Assembly (NCBI RefSeq): GCF_037042905.1
Contig: NC_087245.1
Span: 37,512,001 to 37,576,000 of the forward strand
Reading direction: 5' to 3'
From: Lytechinus pictus
Taxonomy: Eukaryota
DNA: 64,000 nt
Made by a program: the position numbers and the translations under genes. The notes under the pieces are model-generated. The model ran no database searches and was not told where the DNA came from. It saw only the letters and a list, made by a program, of their open reading frames with translations. Shown piece by piece: positions 62,410 through 64,000 of the stretch (positions are counted from its first letter, which is position 1; every line of letters starts with the position of its first letter).

Positions 62410-63722
62410 ATTTTCGCTCGCGCTTCGCGCTCGCAACATGGAGCTTAAATATAAAGTTTGGAAGTCAATATACAAAACATATTTCTCCTCGGAAATCGAA
62501 CTTTCATTAATATGTTTGATTTCCAAATTGATTTTTTTAAAGTGCTCTGTAAAAATGTCAGTTTTATGGTCTGAATATTAACATTTTCCGCTCGTGCCGC
62601 GCGCTCGCGAATTTTTATTTATCAGGTACCTATTATTTTCATGTATTCCATAAAGTTTTCAAAATATCCCTTTTCAGGTCTGATTGTCAAAACGTATCAG
62701 CTAGCGCTGCCATGCTTGCATTTTGATTGGCGGGTTATGTATTTCTCAAATTTGATTATATAACAAACTACTTAAAATCCCATTTTCATGACAGTAATTT
62801 ATCAAAAATTTCGGCTCGCGATTTGCGCTCGCATTAATGGTTAAAAAATATCAACTGATTACTGATGCATCCTATTCATAATAAAAAGTGCTTGAAATGT
62901 ACAGTGTTCAGGCCATAATATCATCAGATTCCGCGCCCTTATTATGCATTAATAAATAAGATATCAATTTAATAATTAAATTGTCCCTTTTGTTTAATCT
63001 CGCGCTTAGCAAGATGAATAGGAAGATATGATATAGTCATCATATTCATATGATAACATGTCCTAAGGATGTCACGGTCCTATATGTCTCAAACTCAAAG
63101 TAATAATGAAAAATATCAGCTCTTTATCAAGTGCGATTTAAATCCACCTTACAATTTTCCTACAAAGTGTTTGAAATATAAAGCTGCAATTGACCCCTAT
63201 TTTCAGATCGGAATATAAAATATTTCAAGCTCCCGCTTCGCGCTCGCATTATTTGATTGTTGAAATATGTAACATCTTCATGGCTAAGTGCAAGCAGTCC
63301 TTAAAAGGCACTTTTCGATCAGTTTAAAACGTTTACAACATTTTATGCTCGCGCTTTGCTCTCGCATTATTAATGTAGGAAGATCCCCTCTTACTCATCC
63401 TATTCATGTTTTACAAAACATGAATAGAGTGTCCCGTTCTATAGGTCTAAAACTAGAATTTTTCCGCTCGCGCTTCACGCTCGCATCAATTGTTTAGTTA
63501 TATAGCTATCCTGTTCATGACTACAAAAATTGATAAAAGTTTTCCATTCTTTATGTATATAGAAATGTCAAAAATTTTCAGTTCGCGCTTCGCGCTCGCA
63601 TCATTTGATAGTTGAAATATTAATTCATGGCTAAGTGCAAGCAGTCCTTAAAAGGCACTTTTCGATCAGTTCAAAACGTAGACAAACATTTTCTGCTCTC
63701 GCTTTGCATTCGCATTATTAAT
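62410..63722. repeat. Diverged ~120-bp-period repeat carrying GCTCGCGCTTCGCGCTCGCA, probably internal to a DNA transposon
   Basis: Motif recurs about ten times; a GGCGGATCCAGG-type element end is at ~62210. Confidence 0.75.
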
Positions 63723-63953
63723 GAAGGACAGTGGCGTAGCTAGGATTTTTTCCTGGGGGGCAATGGGGGGTCCTTGCTTTTTCAGGGGGGGCACCATTTT
63801 TTCCGGTGTGTGTGTATGTGTCACAAGGGCGGATCCGACTTTCGCCAATAGGGGACGGGGCCCGAAATTATCTTCACCTATGTTTTCCCCGATCAGTCAC
63901 TTCTCAGTTTTATTCTTATAAAACAACATAAACATGAAATAATCGGTTACAGC

Positions 63954-64000
63954 CCGATAGACCGCGGGTCCGATAGTCCGCGGGTCCGATAGACCGCGGG
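63954..64000. repeat. 16-bp tandem repeat (CCGATAGACCGCGGGT), truncated by the window end
   Basis: Three units visible. Confidence 0.8.

Overview
Eukaryotic, AT-rich, repeat-dense animal genomic DNA; the repeat types suggest an echinoderm such as a sea urchin, which is inference only. (1) An apparently intact Ty3/Gypsy LTR retrotransposon lies on the minus strand: 5' LTR 6727-7254, PBS, gag, a GGGAAAC -1 frameshift site and pol (PR-RT-RH-IN). No 3' LTR is in the window. Its U5 end and PBS are complementary to the 5' and 3' ends of a tRNA-Leu, the most unusual signal here. (2) The last three coding exons of an unidentified plus-strand gene span 17890-30585. (3) A complete 10-coding-exon PA2G4/EBP1 gene lies on the minus strand (60045 to 37641, 392 aa), convergent with that gene. 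(4) Non-autonomous DNA transposons are abundant: TTAA/Kolobok-type, Harbinger-type, hAT-type, TA-TSD, Helentron/HINE-like and Crypton-like, several of them nested. Also present are a ~25-copy 110-bp array inside a TIR element, a 902-bp foldback with a 9-bp TSD, SINE and LINE fragments, local tandem duplications and microsatellites. Most short ORFs in the supplied track are spurious. All coordinates were read by eye, and transposon family assignments rest on termini and TSDs, not database searches.
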